A stretch of DNA of 64,000 nt from Planctomycetota bacterium (GTDB taxonomy: Bacteria; Planctomycetota; UBA8108; SXIK01), in the NCBI GenBank assembly GCA_965223265.1, contig OZ244999.1, forward strand, positions 4,256,001-4,320,000, read 5' to 3'. Each line of letters begins with the position of its first letter. Positions within the stretch are counted from its first letter, which is position 1. The notes under the pieces were generated by a model. It saw nothing but the letters and a program-made list of their open reading frames with translations, was not told the DNA's origin and ran no database searches. Shown here in pieces: positions 29,674-40,100 of the stretch. The position numbers and the translations under genes are program-made.

Positions 29674-29831
29674 GCTAAACTCGAGGTAGAGTAAGGCGCA
29701 TCACAAATTCCAAGCAGCCGCCAAACACGGCGTCGATTGTATGCGCTCCTAAGTCCCCCGAGCAATGGGCGGCGGTGCGGGACGTGCGCTTTTCCTCGCG
29801 AGCCACAGCAACTCTGGTCGATGAAGGACCA

Positions 29832-32504
29832 TCACTTCGACGCTGCGACGCCTTGCCTTGCAAGCCCGACTCGGTACGTCTCGTCGCTGTCGGCCATCGA
29901 GTAGTACATCCACAGCCCGTCCTCACGTCGGACGGTGTAGCACGCGAAACACGCGTATGCATCGAGGCTCCCCGGAGAACCGCTTGTGAGCGTCGGCGAC
30001 GTATCCTTCTGCCAGTGGGTTCCATCGCGGCTCGTCGCGTAGATCAGAGCGTTGTGGTGCGCACTGCTCCCCCTCTCGCCTGCCGCCCAAGCGCTGTACC
30101 ACATGTGATAGACTTCTCCCTCGAGCCGCACGTGCACGTTGTACACGTACCCCTCGTCGAAATTCCCGACGACGCTGGGTGAGAGCACAGGACGGCCACC
30201 GCTTTCCCGTCGCCAGCGGACTCCATCGCGACTGGTGGCATGCCCGACGCGAAACGTCTTCTGCGGACCGACGCCGTTGTACCACATGTGAAGCGTCCCG
30301 GAGCGGTCGCGCACGACGGCGGGATGGAGGACCTCGCGGTCATCGAATGCACCTTCCGCACCTGGAAGAAGCACCGGCTTGGCACCGTTTTCGCGCTGCC
30401 AGCGAACGCCGTCGTCGCTTGTCGCATAGCCGATCGTGTAGCGGCTTTCGTCATCTCCTGCGGTGTACCACATGTGGAATTTACCGCCGTAGTGAACTAC
30501 CGCCGGATGATCGACCTTCGTGGAGTCGAAACTTCCTGGCAATCCGTGCGCGAACACCGGTGTGCCGCCCTGGTGCTTCACCCATTCGAGGCCGTCGCGG
30601 CTCGTCGCCAGTCCAATCGAACCGGTGAAGCAATCCGCTGCGCGGCCGTTGTACCACATCCACCACCCATCGCCGACCTTGAGGACAGACGGGTACTTGG
30701 CCTGGCAGGCATCGAAACTCCCATCGCCGCCAACGTCGAGGAGAACTCGGTGCGTCTTGCGGAAGGCGAACCCGTTCTTTGGCTCTGGCGCTGTCGGCGA
30801 TTGTCGATCGAACTGCAGCCGGTAGGAATCCAGGATCGGAGTCGCGCCGGGATCCGCTGTCGAAAGCACGAACTCGAGGCGCACCGACTGCGCCATGTTC
30901 AGAGTCGATCCGCTGGAGACGTTTCTCAAGAGAACTGATCCTTCAGCGCTGAGAACATTCGCCTCAGCGGCGGTCCCCGGAGGCGTCCGTTTTTCATAGA
31001 CGAGCGAAGTGAATCGGCATCCAGGAGGCAGACTCAGTGCTTCGGTGACGAATCGTCCCGAGCGGCGATAGCCGGCGGCAGCGCGCTGAAGGATGAGGTT
31101 GTCCGTCAGGTTCGTGACCCCATCCTTCGTGCCGCGGTAGATGAAATACGAGTCCTCGTAAGCCCACGGAAGCACGTTGAGACGCTGATAGGAACGCCGA
31201 CGCTGAAAGTGTTCGGTCGCAGGGCCAAACCCGCGCGTCTCGATAACGTCCATCCCCCCGCTTCCCGAAACCACCAATTCCAGAAACGGGTCGTCGTCGA
31301 TGTTCGCGTAAAAAACTTCCCCCCAATACCGCTCACCACCCACGTCGATTTGGTCGATCACATTGCCGTCCGCCGTCAATGCGAAGACGATGCCGGGTGC
31401 TTGCTCGGAAAAACCTCCGTTCGTCAAAGCAAGGATCTCCAGCTGTGAGTCGCCATCAACGTCGCCCAGAACCGGAGCCAGGTAGGCATGAGCTGAGTCG
31501 TCTAGCTCCGGACGCAGGTCCTTCTGCCATAGAAGTTTCCCCTTCGCATCCAAACAGTAGACGACGCCGCCAAACGTCATGCCGACGATCTCGACTTCAC
31601 GATCGCCGTCGAGGTCCGCCACGTTCGGCGAGTCCTCACCCGCGAGTCCCGGCACTTTCCACAGAACCTCGCCGTCGGTCTCGAACGCGTACACCGCATC
31701 GTGCGCATCGTCGCCGCCGTAGTTGTCCACGGACTTGACCACCTCAACCGAGCCGTCGCCGTCGATGTCCGCGAGCACCGCGTCGGCGCTGGAGGCGTTG
31801 TCATTGGTGGCGTAGGACCAGATGTCCTTCAGGGAAATCGGGTCGAAGCGGACAAGATCCCCTTTCGTAGAGTGGTCGTCACCCGAGCCGGCGAACAAGT
31901 CCCAACGCCCGTCGAGATCGACGTCCATCGCCGTCGTGTGGCAGCCACACTGGACCCAATCGAGGCGCCTCTCGAGCACCGTTAGGCTAGCCATGTCAAG
32001 CCGCACCAGCGCGCGATTCCGCGTGCCGAGATAGCCATCGAGCACACCGTCCCCGTCGGCGTCGAGTATCACGGGCGCGTTGCCGAGCTTGGAGTCTGTC
32101 GAGTCCCATTGCCGTAGCACGTTCCCTGCCGGGTCGAGCACGTAGAGTCGTCCCGGAGTGGATACGGAGTAGAGAATCTCGAACGTGCCGTCGCCGTCAA
32201 TGTCGAACACGGAAAGAGACTGCTGCTTGCCTGGGAGCTTCCGCTCCCAACGCACAGCCCCATCGGCAGCTTCGAGAAGCTGCAGCTTCTCGGTACGTCT
32301 CGATGCAAAGAGGATGGCGCGGCGGCGGTTTTGTTCGTAGTCGACGCAGCTTGCCGCCTGGCAAAAACTCGCGTCGCGGATTTGGTACTGGAGGCGGAGC
32401 ACTCCTTTGGGGTTCTCGTTTGCCAAAGCACCCCCTTCGCTCACAAGAGCCGCGAGGGCAAAAACGAAGTGGAGGATCCTGGTCGTGGCTCGGTGCACCA
32501 ACAT
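29832..32504 (-). CDS. Secreted FG-GAP repeat protein with C-terminal five-bladed propeller glycosidase-like domain
   Basis: Multiple DxDGDG..E repeats; four repeats of (IG)xATSxDGxxW with YPSV/HPAVV blades. Confidence 0.8.
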   Translation of the reverse strand: MLVHRATTRILHFVFALAALVSEGGALANENPKGVLRLQYQIRDASFCQAASCVDYEQNRRRAILFASRRTEKLQLLEAADGAVRWERKLPGKQQSLSVFDIDGDGTFEILYSVSTPGRLYVLDPAGNVLRQWDSTDSKLGNAPVILDADGDGVLDGYLGTRNRALVRLDMASLTVLERRLDWVQCGCHTTAMDVDLDGRWDLFAGSGDDHSTKGDLVRFDPISLKDIWSYATNDNASSADAVLADIDGDGSVEVVKSVDNYGGDDAHDAVYAFETDGEVLWKVPGLAGEDSPNVADLDGDREVEIVGMTFGGVVYCLDAKGKLLWQKDLRPELDDSAHAYLAPVLGDVDGDSQLEILALTNGGFSEQAPGIVFALTADGNVIDQIDVGGERYWGEVFYANIDDDPFLELVVSGSGGMDVIETRGFGPATEHFQRRRSYQRLNVLPWAYEDSYFIYRGTKDGVTNLTDNLILQRAAAGYRRSGRFVTEALSLPPGCRFTSLVYEKRTPPGTAAEANVLSAEGSVLLRNVSSGSTLNMAQSVRLEFVLSTADPGATPILDSYRLQFDRQSPTAPEPKNGFAFRKTHRVLLDVGGDGSFDACQAKYPSVLKVGDGWWMWYNGRAADCFTGSIGLATSRDGLEWVKHQGGTPVFAHGLPGSFDSTKVDHPAVVHYGGKFHMWYTAGDDESRYTIGYATSDDGVRWQRENGAKPVLLPGAEGAFDDREVLHPAVVRDRSGTLHMWYNGVGPQKTFRVGHATSRDGVRWRRESGGRPVLSPSVVGNFDEGYVYNVHVRLEGEVYHMWYSAWAAGERGSSAHHNALIYATSRDGTHWQKDTSPTLTSGSPGSLDAYACFACYTVRREDGLWMYYSMADSDETYRVGLARQGVAASK

Positions 32505-32574
32505 GTGCCGGATGCCTTGTCTCTTCCGTCCTGCTTCAGGGAGACGAACGAATGCTCACGCGATGCGGCGACGA

Positions 32575-33255
32575 TCAGCTCTTCTTACCCCGCAGCGGCG
32601 TCAGCTCGACCGTACGAAAGTGAATCTCGCCACCTTCCGATTGCAGCCCGATCTGGCCGGCGCGGACGTCGCAGCCGTTTGCCTGGTTCACCTTCTTACC
32701 GTTGAGGATGACCGTGATCTTGTCGCCGTCAACGGTGATCTCGTACTTGTTCCACTCGCCAGGCTCTTTCTCGTTGCCTTCGATCTTCTTCAAACCTCTC
32801 AAGTAGCCAGCGACTTTGGCGTTGTCGAATCGTCGCTCTTTCGCACCGTCGATCTTGAAGCCTTGGAAACCGTACATATCGCCGGCGCTACCACCCAGAA
32901 GCTGAGCCTCGACGCAGTTCGGCAGCATGGTCGGTTTGCCGGTGATTCTCATGAGCACGCCGCTGTTGCCCGGTTTCGTTCCTGCTGGCCAGCGCCACTC
33001 GACGACGAGCTTGTAGCTCTCGTATTTCTTCTTTGTGCACAGGTATCCCATCGGCTTTCCCTTGCAGACGAGGATACCGTCCTTGACGCTCCACACGTCT
33101 TCCATCTTCGCTTTGTCATCGACGAGAAAGTGTTCCCAGCCAGAAAGATCTTTGCCGTTGAAGAGTTTGACCGTCTTCGTATCGGCCGCGCAGACGGAAA
33201 TCACGAGGAAGATAGGCAGGCTGATCGCAGCCATCAAAGTGATGCCTCGAAGCAT
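32575..33255 (-). CDS. DUF1080 (3-keto-disaccharide hydrolase) family protein
   Basis: LFNGKDLSGW, GNSGV, EAQL, GEWN, G.IGLQSEG..I.FR; signal peptide. Confidence 0.9.
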   Translation of the reverse strand: MLRGITLMAAISLPIFLVISVCAADTKTVKLFNGKDLSGWEHFLVDDKAKMEDVWSVKDGILVCKGKPMGYLCTKKKYESYKLVVEWRWPAGTKPGNSGVLMRITGKPTMLPNCVEAQLLGGSAGDMYGFQGFKIDGAKERRFDNAKVAGYLRGLKKIEGNEKEPGEWNKYEITVDGDKITVILNGKKVNQANGCDVRAGQIGLQSEGGEIHFRTVELTPLRGKKS

Positions 33256-33372
33256 GAAGCTCTCCTTACAGATCCATTGCCGAAAAATCGTGGTGCCGCC
33301 GCGCCGATCGACGCTCACCTGCGCGGCAGAGACTCGTAGAGACTCGTAGAGTCGTTGTTGCCGCAAGGAATG

Positions 33373-33921
33373 TCAAGGCGAGTGTGGAGGCGTCTCCATT
33401 CGCTGTTGTCCATCTCGTTCGCACAAGTAGACACGGTCGGCGTGGGTGTACCCAGGGAGAACTACGTCGTCGGTGTAGACCATACCGATCTTCTCGGCCA
33501 CGCGAATCGAGCGCCAGTTGTCGGGATCGATCAGCGACACCAAGCGCCGGAGACCCAATTGCCCGAAAGCGACATCCCGCACCGCGGTGGCACCTTCGGT
33601 GGCTAACCCGGAGCCCCAGAACGCCCTAGCCAAGCGATAGCCGAGCTCGATTTCAGGCCGTCCGTTGATGTCATCAAAGCGCGTGAGTCCGCAGTATCCG
33701 ACGGGGGTATTCATCTCGTGCGGCACCGTCGCCCAAAGACCAAAGCCCCAGAGGTCATACGTCTCGATGGTGCGGTCAATCCATGTCTTCACCCAGTCGA
33801 CGGCCTGAACGCCACGGCCGAACCGCATCACCTCCGGATCCCCGAATACGTGAAGCATCGGCTCCACGTCAGCGTGATGAAAGCGCCGGATGACGAGACG
33901 CTGCGACTTGACGCTGACCAT
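33373..33921 (-). CDS. GNAT N-acetyltransferase (RimJ/RimL-like)
   Basis: RLVIR, DPEVMRF, ELGYRL...FWG.GLATE, N..SIRVAEKIG; RBS then ATG 33921. Confidence 0.9.
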   Translation of the reverse strand: MVSVKSQRLVIRRFHHADVEPMLHVFGDPEVMRFGRGVQAVDWVKTWIDRTIETYDLWGFGLWATVPHEMNTPVGYCGLTRFDDINGRPEIELGYRLARAFWGSGLATEGATAVRDVAFGQLGLRRLVSLIDPDNWRSIRVAEKIGMVYTDDVVLPGYTHADRVYLCERDGQQRMETPPHSP

Positions 33922-34148
33922 AGGCTCCTGCGACAACTCCTGACCTTTCCGTTGGCGATGCACCCATCTTGACGTCAGAATCTAACCGTCACCTCGCTGC
34001 GACTGAAGCGGTTCGCAACTCGGAGGCTGAGTCTTCCGAGTGAATCGCCCGCTCTTCGACGATGGTCGTGCAGCCGAAAACCGGGCCTTCACGTCCGAAC
34101 CTGATTCTTCACATTCCCGATCGTGGGTCCTCAGAAAAAGGAGGGAAT

Positions 34149-37100
34149 ATGTCGGTTCGATCTTGTGTGTTGTCCGGAGCGCGACGGTGGGCTGTTGTTA
34201 CCTCACTGGGAACGCTGCTCGTCGCACTCTCGTCCACTCCATCGTTGGCACAGGCGTCCGCGGACAACCCCGGCGCGAGAGACGACGAGGACCGGGCCGA
34301 AGCCGAAGATCGAGTCGTTCGTGGCAACGAAAAAGCTCGCAAGTACTTCCAGGTCCTGCAGCGCCGTCCCAGCCCAGGCTATCTCTTCGACCGGTTCTAT
34401 AATGCCTGGCTCGATACCGACTCGATCGCAGGCCTCGAAGGCTTTCTAACGTCTGCCGTCGAGACCGAAGAGACGACAGCCAATCGTCTCCTTCTCGCGT
34501 TCTTTTACGCTAAGCAGGGTGAAAACGTCCGCGCGCTCGAGCACTTTCGCACGGCGCTCGAGAAGGACCCAGGCAGCGCCGAGACGTGGTACCAGAAGGC
34601 GCTGGTTGAACAGCGTACGCTCGATTTCGACACCGCGATCAAAGACCTCGAGCATGCCGCAGCCGCGCATCCGAAGGCAGATCTCGAGCGTGACATCCTC
34701 CAGCTTCAGGGTCGCCTGCATGCCCGTAGTGGTCACACCGACAGAGCTCAGAGGGTCTGGGGACAGCTTCTGGAAAAAAACCCGGGCGACGAGGAGCTGC
34801 AAGAAGACCTCATCGAGCTCCAGGTCGCTGAAGGGCTCTATAAGTCCGCCCTCGCGACCGCCGAGTCGCTCGTGGCGATGACAAAGGATCCGTACGTGGC
34901 CATCCTCCGTCGCCTGCGAGTCGGTGACATTCACCAGATCGCCGGTCAGCGCGAGCAAGCACTCGCGGCGTACGCAAGTAGTCTGGACAAAGTCGGCAGC
35001 GACACATGGCTCGAGAAGGAGATTCTCCGCCAAATCGATCGAGTCTTCCGTCGAGAAGACGACATCACTGGCCTAGAGAAGTTTCTTCAGCAGCTTGTCG
35101 CGAAGCACCCCAAACGAGTCGGCCTGCAGCGAAAGCGTGTCGATGTGCTTGTCGAGCTTGGTGAGGGGCAAGCTGCTGCCAAAGCATTCGCCGAAATCCT
35201 CAAGGTCACGCCTGGGGATCGAGCCGTCCGAGAGGACTACGTCGACATGCTAGCCCGGGCTGCGCTGCTCGGCAAGGCGATCGAACAACTGGAGCGCCTC
35301 CTCGAGCAGCATCCCGACGATGCAGAGCTTTTCGTCAAACTAGCGCAATTGCAACACGACAACAAGAGCCCGGGCGCCGCCAAATCGACGCTGCAGCGTT
35401 ACCTGGCAACCTCGGACGGCTCCGAATATGCGCACTTGCGGACGGCACGACTCATGGAGCGGTTCGGGCAGAAAGCATCTGCCGACACCGTGTTCCAAAG
35501 ACTCCTGAAGGCGTTTCCTGAGAGCGAGGGTGCGCGCGACGCGTACGCAGCATTCCTGCACCGCGTTGATCGAAAGCGGGAAGCAATCGACGTGTGGAAA
35601 GAGCTCGCCGGCGGCGCCGACCGCGAACGGCTCGTCCGCGTCGCCCGGGCACTTTCCTCGCGCGGAGAAAACGAGGCGGCGTTCGATCTATTGTACGAAC
35701 GACTCGAAGACTTGAGGAACGACTCGACCTATCTCACTCAGCTCTGCACCGTCGCCATCAGTGTAAAAAAGTTCAAGGAAGCCATGCCTTGGGTGCGGCG
35801 GCTGGTAGCTCAAGCCGAGACACCACTCGACGTAGAGAACGCCGTCGCGCGTGCCGCGCTGGTCGCAGAGCGCGCGGACATGATCGACGACCTGTCTCAA
35901 GAGCTGACCACGTCCGAGCTTCCACAAGAGATTTGTCTTCTGGCGAACCTGTACGAACGGACCGGCGACTCCAAACGAGCCGAAGAAGCACTAGCGCGCA
36001 TCGGGGAAGTCGAACCGTTGTTGACAGCGACGCAAAGGGTTCAGCTCTTTCGCCACAGGAGAGACTACGAGCGCGCCGCGAAGGAGGCCGCAGCACTCGT
36101 CGGCCTTCCGGGCGGCCGCCGCGTTGCGAACGTGCAAAAGGTCGTCGAGCTATTCAAGCGCGCGCACGACCTGGAGAGTGCACTCGAGTGGATTCCAGAG
36201 TGGAAGAAGCTCACGCCAGGCAGCACCCTGCCGTGGCTCTCGGAAGCAAAGCTGCAGTTAGCTGACGGTCGCAACGCCGAGGCGGTGGATGTTCTCCGGC
36301 GCGCCGCACAGCAGTTCGACGGCGACGCCGAAATCCGTGCAGCCCTCGCCGGAATGTACGCTGCTGACGGCAAGCTCGCAGACGCGGAGCGCATCTACCT
36401 TCAGCTCTACGAGGAAAGCGAAAGCGTCACCACGAAGTTGCGCTGGGTGCAGGAAATCGCGCGGATCGCAGAGATGCGAGGCACATCAGGCGCCTTGATC
36501 GAACAGTTCGAGGAACGCCGGAAGAACAACCGCACGTCCATCACGCCCCTCCTTGCGCTGGCAGAGATCTACCGCGAAAGCGACGACTACGAGGGCCGTC
36601 GTAGAGTGCTACTGGAGGCGGCGCGCCTCAAGCCGCAGAACCTCGACCTGCTTCTAGCGATCGCGCGCGTCGAGGAATCGGAGCAGGAGTACGACCGCGC
36701 GCTCTCGACACTCGAGTCAGCTGTCAAGGTCGCTCCCGAGGCGGAGAGAAACCGCATCCGCGAGCGCATCGCAAGACTCCACTTCGGCGCCGGAGAGGAT
36801 GAAGAAGGCTTCCACGTGCTCCAGGAGATCGCCGGAGGGGACAATCTCGACTCGACGATAGTCGAGAACCTCGCGCAATCGATGATGGGAATCGGCGACT
36901 GGACCGCGGCCGCCGAATTCCTGCGGCCATTCGTCGAGAAACTTCCTGATCAATACCGGATCGGCTACCTCTACGCCGTCGCACTCGAGGAAGACCGGCA
37001 AGAGTCCGCAGCGCTCGCTGTCTTCTCCGAGCTCCTGAGGGTCGTTGAAGAGCCGCAGCCTGAGAACTCGCCCAGTCCTCCCTCGTCGACCTCAGGACGA

Positions 37101-40100
37101 TTTCAGTATCTTGAGAGCCTGCGGCAGCTGGTGCCAGAGGCGACGATCGAGATCGTGAGGCTTCAGAATTCGACCCGCGCGGCGTACCAGCATCGGCAGG
37201 AGTCGAGGCGCAGGTTCCACTCTACCCGAGTGGTCTCACCGGCGACCGTCAACATGCCGCACGACATCGACGCGCTGCACAGCTTTTGCCTCGTCCATCT
37301 CTCCACGCTCGCTCAACAGCTCGACGAAGACGGGGTCGCAGGGATCAAGGCGAGTCTCGTCGGGGCCGGCATTCCCTTCGCCAAGTATTTCTCCGACATC
37401 GACTTGGAGACGCTCCGCCGCGGTCGCGTCCTTGGTCTTCTTGAAAAGTATCCGAATGACGAAGCCATTATGGCGTTGGCTCTCATCACTCAGCGAAGCG
37501 ACCGAACGCAACTAGATGTTCAGCAGCTACAGACCGCCGCCAAGATGTTCGAAAAGAACCTGCCTGAATTGGTCTATCTGGCCGGTCTGGCGGCCGCCAG
37601 CATCGTGGAGAGCGAAGACGTCGCTATCAAAGAGCTGATCGAGAAGTCTCTTCGGACTGCCGACACGATCGAGAGTCCGAGCATGCAAACGCTGTCTGCG
37701 ACTCTGCGGGCAGTGGGAAGTCCAGGGTTCGGCACACCGTCTGCTCCTTCTCTCTCGGAGGCCCAAAAGAAGACGCTCGTCAGGCGGCTCGTCGACTGGT
37801 ACCCAAAAGTCAACCACCCGAACACATCAGCCTCGTGGGTCTTTCCTAACATTGCTGGAGCGCTCGCCAACTCCGAAGGCGTCGAAGCGCTTCTGGCGTT
37901 TCTTGACGAGGAGGTCGCCAAACCAGCGTCACGGCAGTCGACCCCGGCGTCGAGGCATGCCCGCAGGATGGTTTTCGGCCGGAGAGGCAACGAGCTGTTG
38001 CTCGTGCCACTGACCTTTCCGCCAAGTTTCCTCGTCGAATTTCCGTCGCACGTCCTGGAAGTCGTCGCCGACGACGGAAACCATCGATACCGCCAGATTC
38101 TTGGCGAAGCGCTAAACCTTGACGCCGACGCACTCCAGCGCCACGTCGACCAGCTGAAGTCGCCGATCCTGCGCGCCCTTCTTGCTCACCGAGCTGTAAT
38201 GACGGATGCCGCAAAAAAAGCCGTGCGGTCGCTCGTCGAAGCCAAGGAACCGAGCATCGACGGGCTTCTTCTTGCCGCCGCCTACGCCGCCGACGTCGAC
38301 GAGGACCTTCCCGCTGCGGTGGAGTACGCCAAGCGCGCCAGATTCCTGCCGATGACGCGCGCTCTTCGCCGTCGCCTGGACGCCGCGATCCTCGCCTGGA
38401 GCGTCGCCGGACTGAGTGGCGACTTCAAGGCAGACGAGCCAATCAAGACCGCCGGCCGCGACGCTGCGCTGCGCCTGCGGCGTGCTCCCCTGGCAGCCAG
38501 CGAACGTGAGGAATTGGTGGCGGCGCTCGAGCAATTAGAACTGTCCGACGAGGCGCGGAAACTCGAAGCACGGGTCGTGCCCGCTGCCAAAACGCCTGGG
38601 CTCCGCGTGCGGTCACGATCCCCTTTTCGACCTCAAAGCCAATCGCGTGTGCAAAAGCTGCTGACGGCCGGTGAGCGCGACCGGGCGCTCGCCATTCTAG
38701 CGTCAGACCTCAAACGATTCGCCAGCTCTGGCCTTCAACCGCAGAGCGCCTTTCGGAGCCAGTACGACCTGGAGAAGTGGCTGGCCCAGATCGCGGCCCA
38801 CGACCTCGGCGACGAGCTCCTCAAGCAAGTCGATCCCGGCGCCAACGCCGGCCCGCGGCGGATGGCACAGTTCGCTTACGCCTGCGAAGTCCTCGGCCAA
38901 AAGGAGAAGGCGCGGGAGATTTACACCGAGGTCGCCGCAGAGCGCCGAAAGGACATGGGTGTTCGTCTTCGCCTCGTCGCGCTGACGCTTGAATCCGACC
39001 TGGCGGCGGGGGCTGACATGCTGACAACGCTTGACCCTTTCACGATGGAGATTCTGGGACAATACATGTACGGCGTTGTTCATAGTGACACCCTCCCATA
39101 CGCCCAGCGTCTTGCCCACGTCGAAACGGTGGTGAGCGCTGCCTTGCGAACCAAGAACAGCTCGAATTCTTCTCTCCAATGGATCATCAGGCTGTTGGAT
39201 TCACTCGACAGGATGCGCCACGTCGACGGCGTCCACATCGGCGGCGTCTACGATGTTGAAGATCGAACGAGCACGCCGCGCGATGAGGCGCGTCAAGAAA
39301 AGATCGACGGGCTGCGCAAGCAGCGCCGCGAGGTGCACGACCGGCTCTGCCGCGCCCTCCTCGGCGCGCCGCAGCTGGCACGCGAGGGGTTTCGGCGCCT
39401 TTCCGGCTTCATGGTGCAGGAGGGCCAAGACGCCGACGCGTTTCGGTTGGCCAAAGACGCGATACTCGCGCCTTCCACGGGACCGGGAGCAGACCACGGT
39501 CGACTCGCGTTTCTATCCCGCCATCATGGGTCCGAAGTCAACAAAATCCCCATGTGGGAAGCCGAGCAGTTCGTCGTCCTCCACGCCTACAAAGAAGGAG
39601 ACCGATCGCTCATCGAGCAGGACATCGCGACTGTATTGGAAGGGCGGAAGGGACGAACGAACCACCTCGTCGCAGAAGCCTTGCGCAAGGATTTGGACCT
39701 CTACTTCACGGCGCCGGAAGACTTTCTCGACCACGCACGGCAGCGATGCGAAGAGGCGAGGCGCGGGACTCACGGCTCCAAGGGAACTGGCGGCGTCCTC
39801 ACCACCGTCGTGGAGGCGTGGAAAGTCCGCGAGCTCGACGTCGACCTCTCGGGCTTCCTGTTCAAGGAGCTGATCGATACCAGAAACCAGGGCCGTGTTG
39901 ACTCTCACGTCCTCGTTTTCACACTCATGCTCGAGATTCACCGACGCCGGGGTGAGGAAGCGATTGGAGAAGCCCTCGAACAGCTCGCCGGGGTTTATCT
40001 CGGTCCAAAAACTGAGCGCGCGGCACTGTTCGAGAAACACTTCGACCCCACCTCGATGCAACACGGCACGCGCAACGCGACCCTTCACGAATACTTGCGA

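Noticed and set aside
29268-29694. ORFs 29268..29648 and 29389..29694
   Set aside because: Antisense translations of group II intron RNA; no RT motifs (no YADD).
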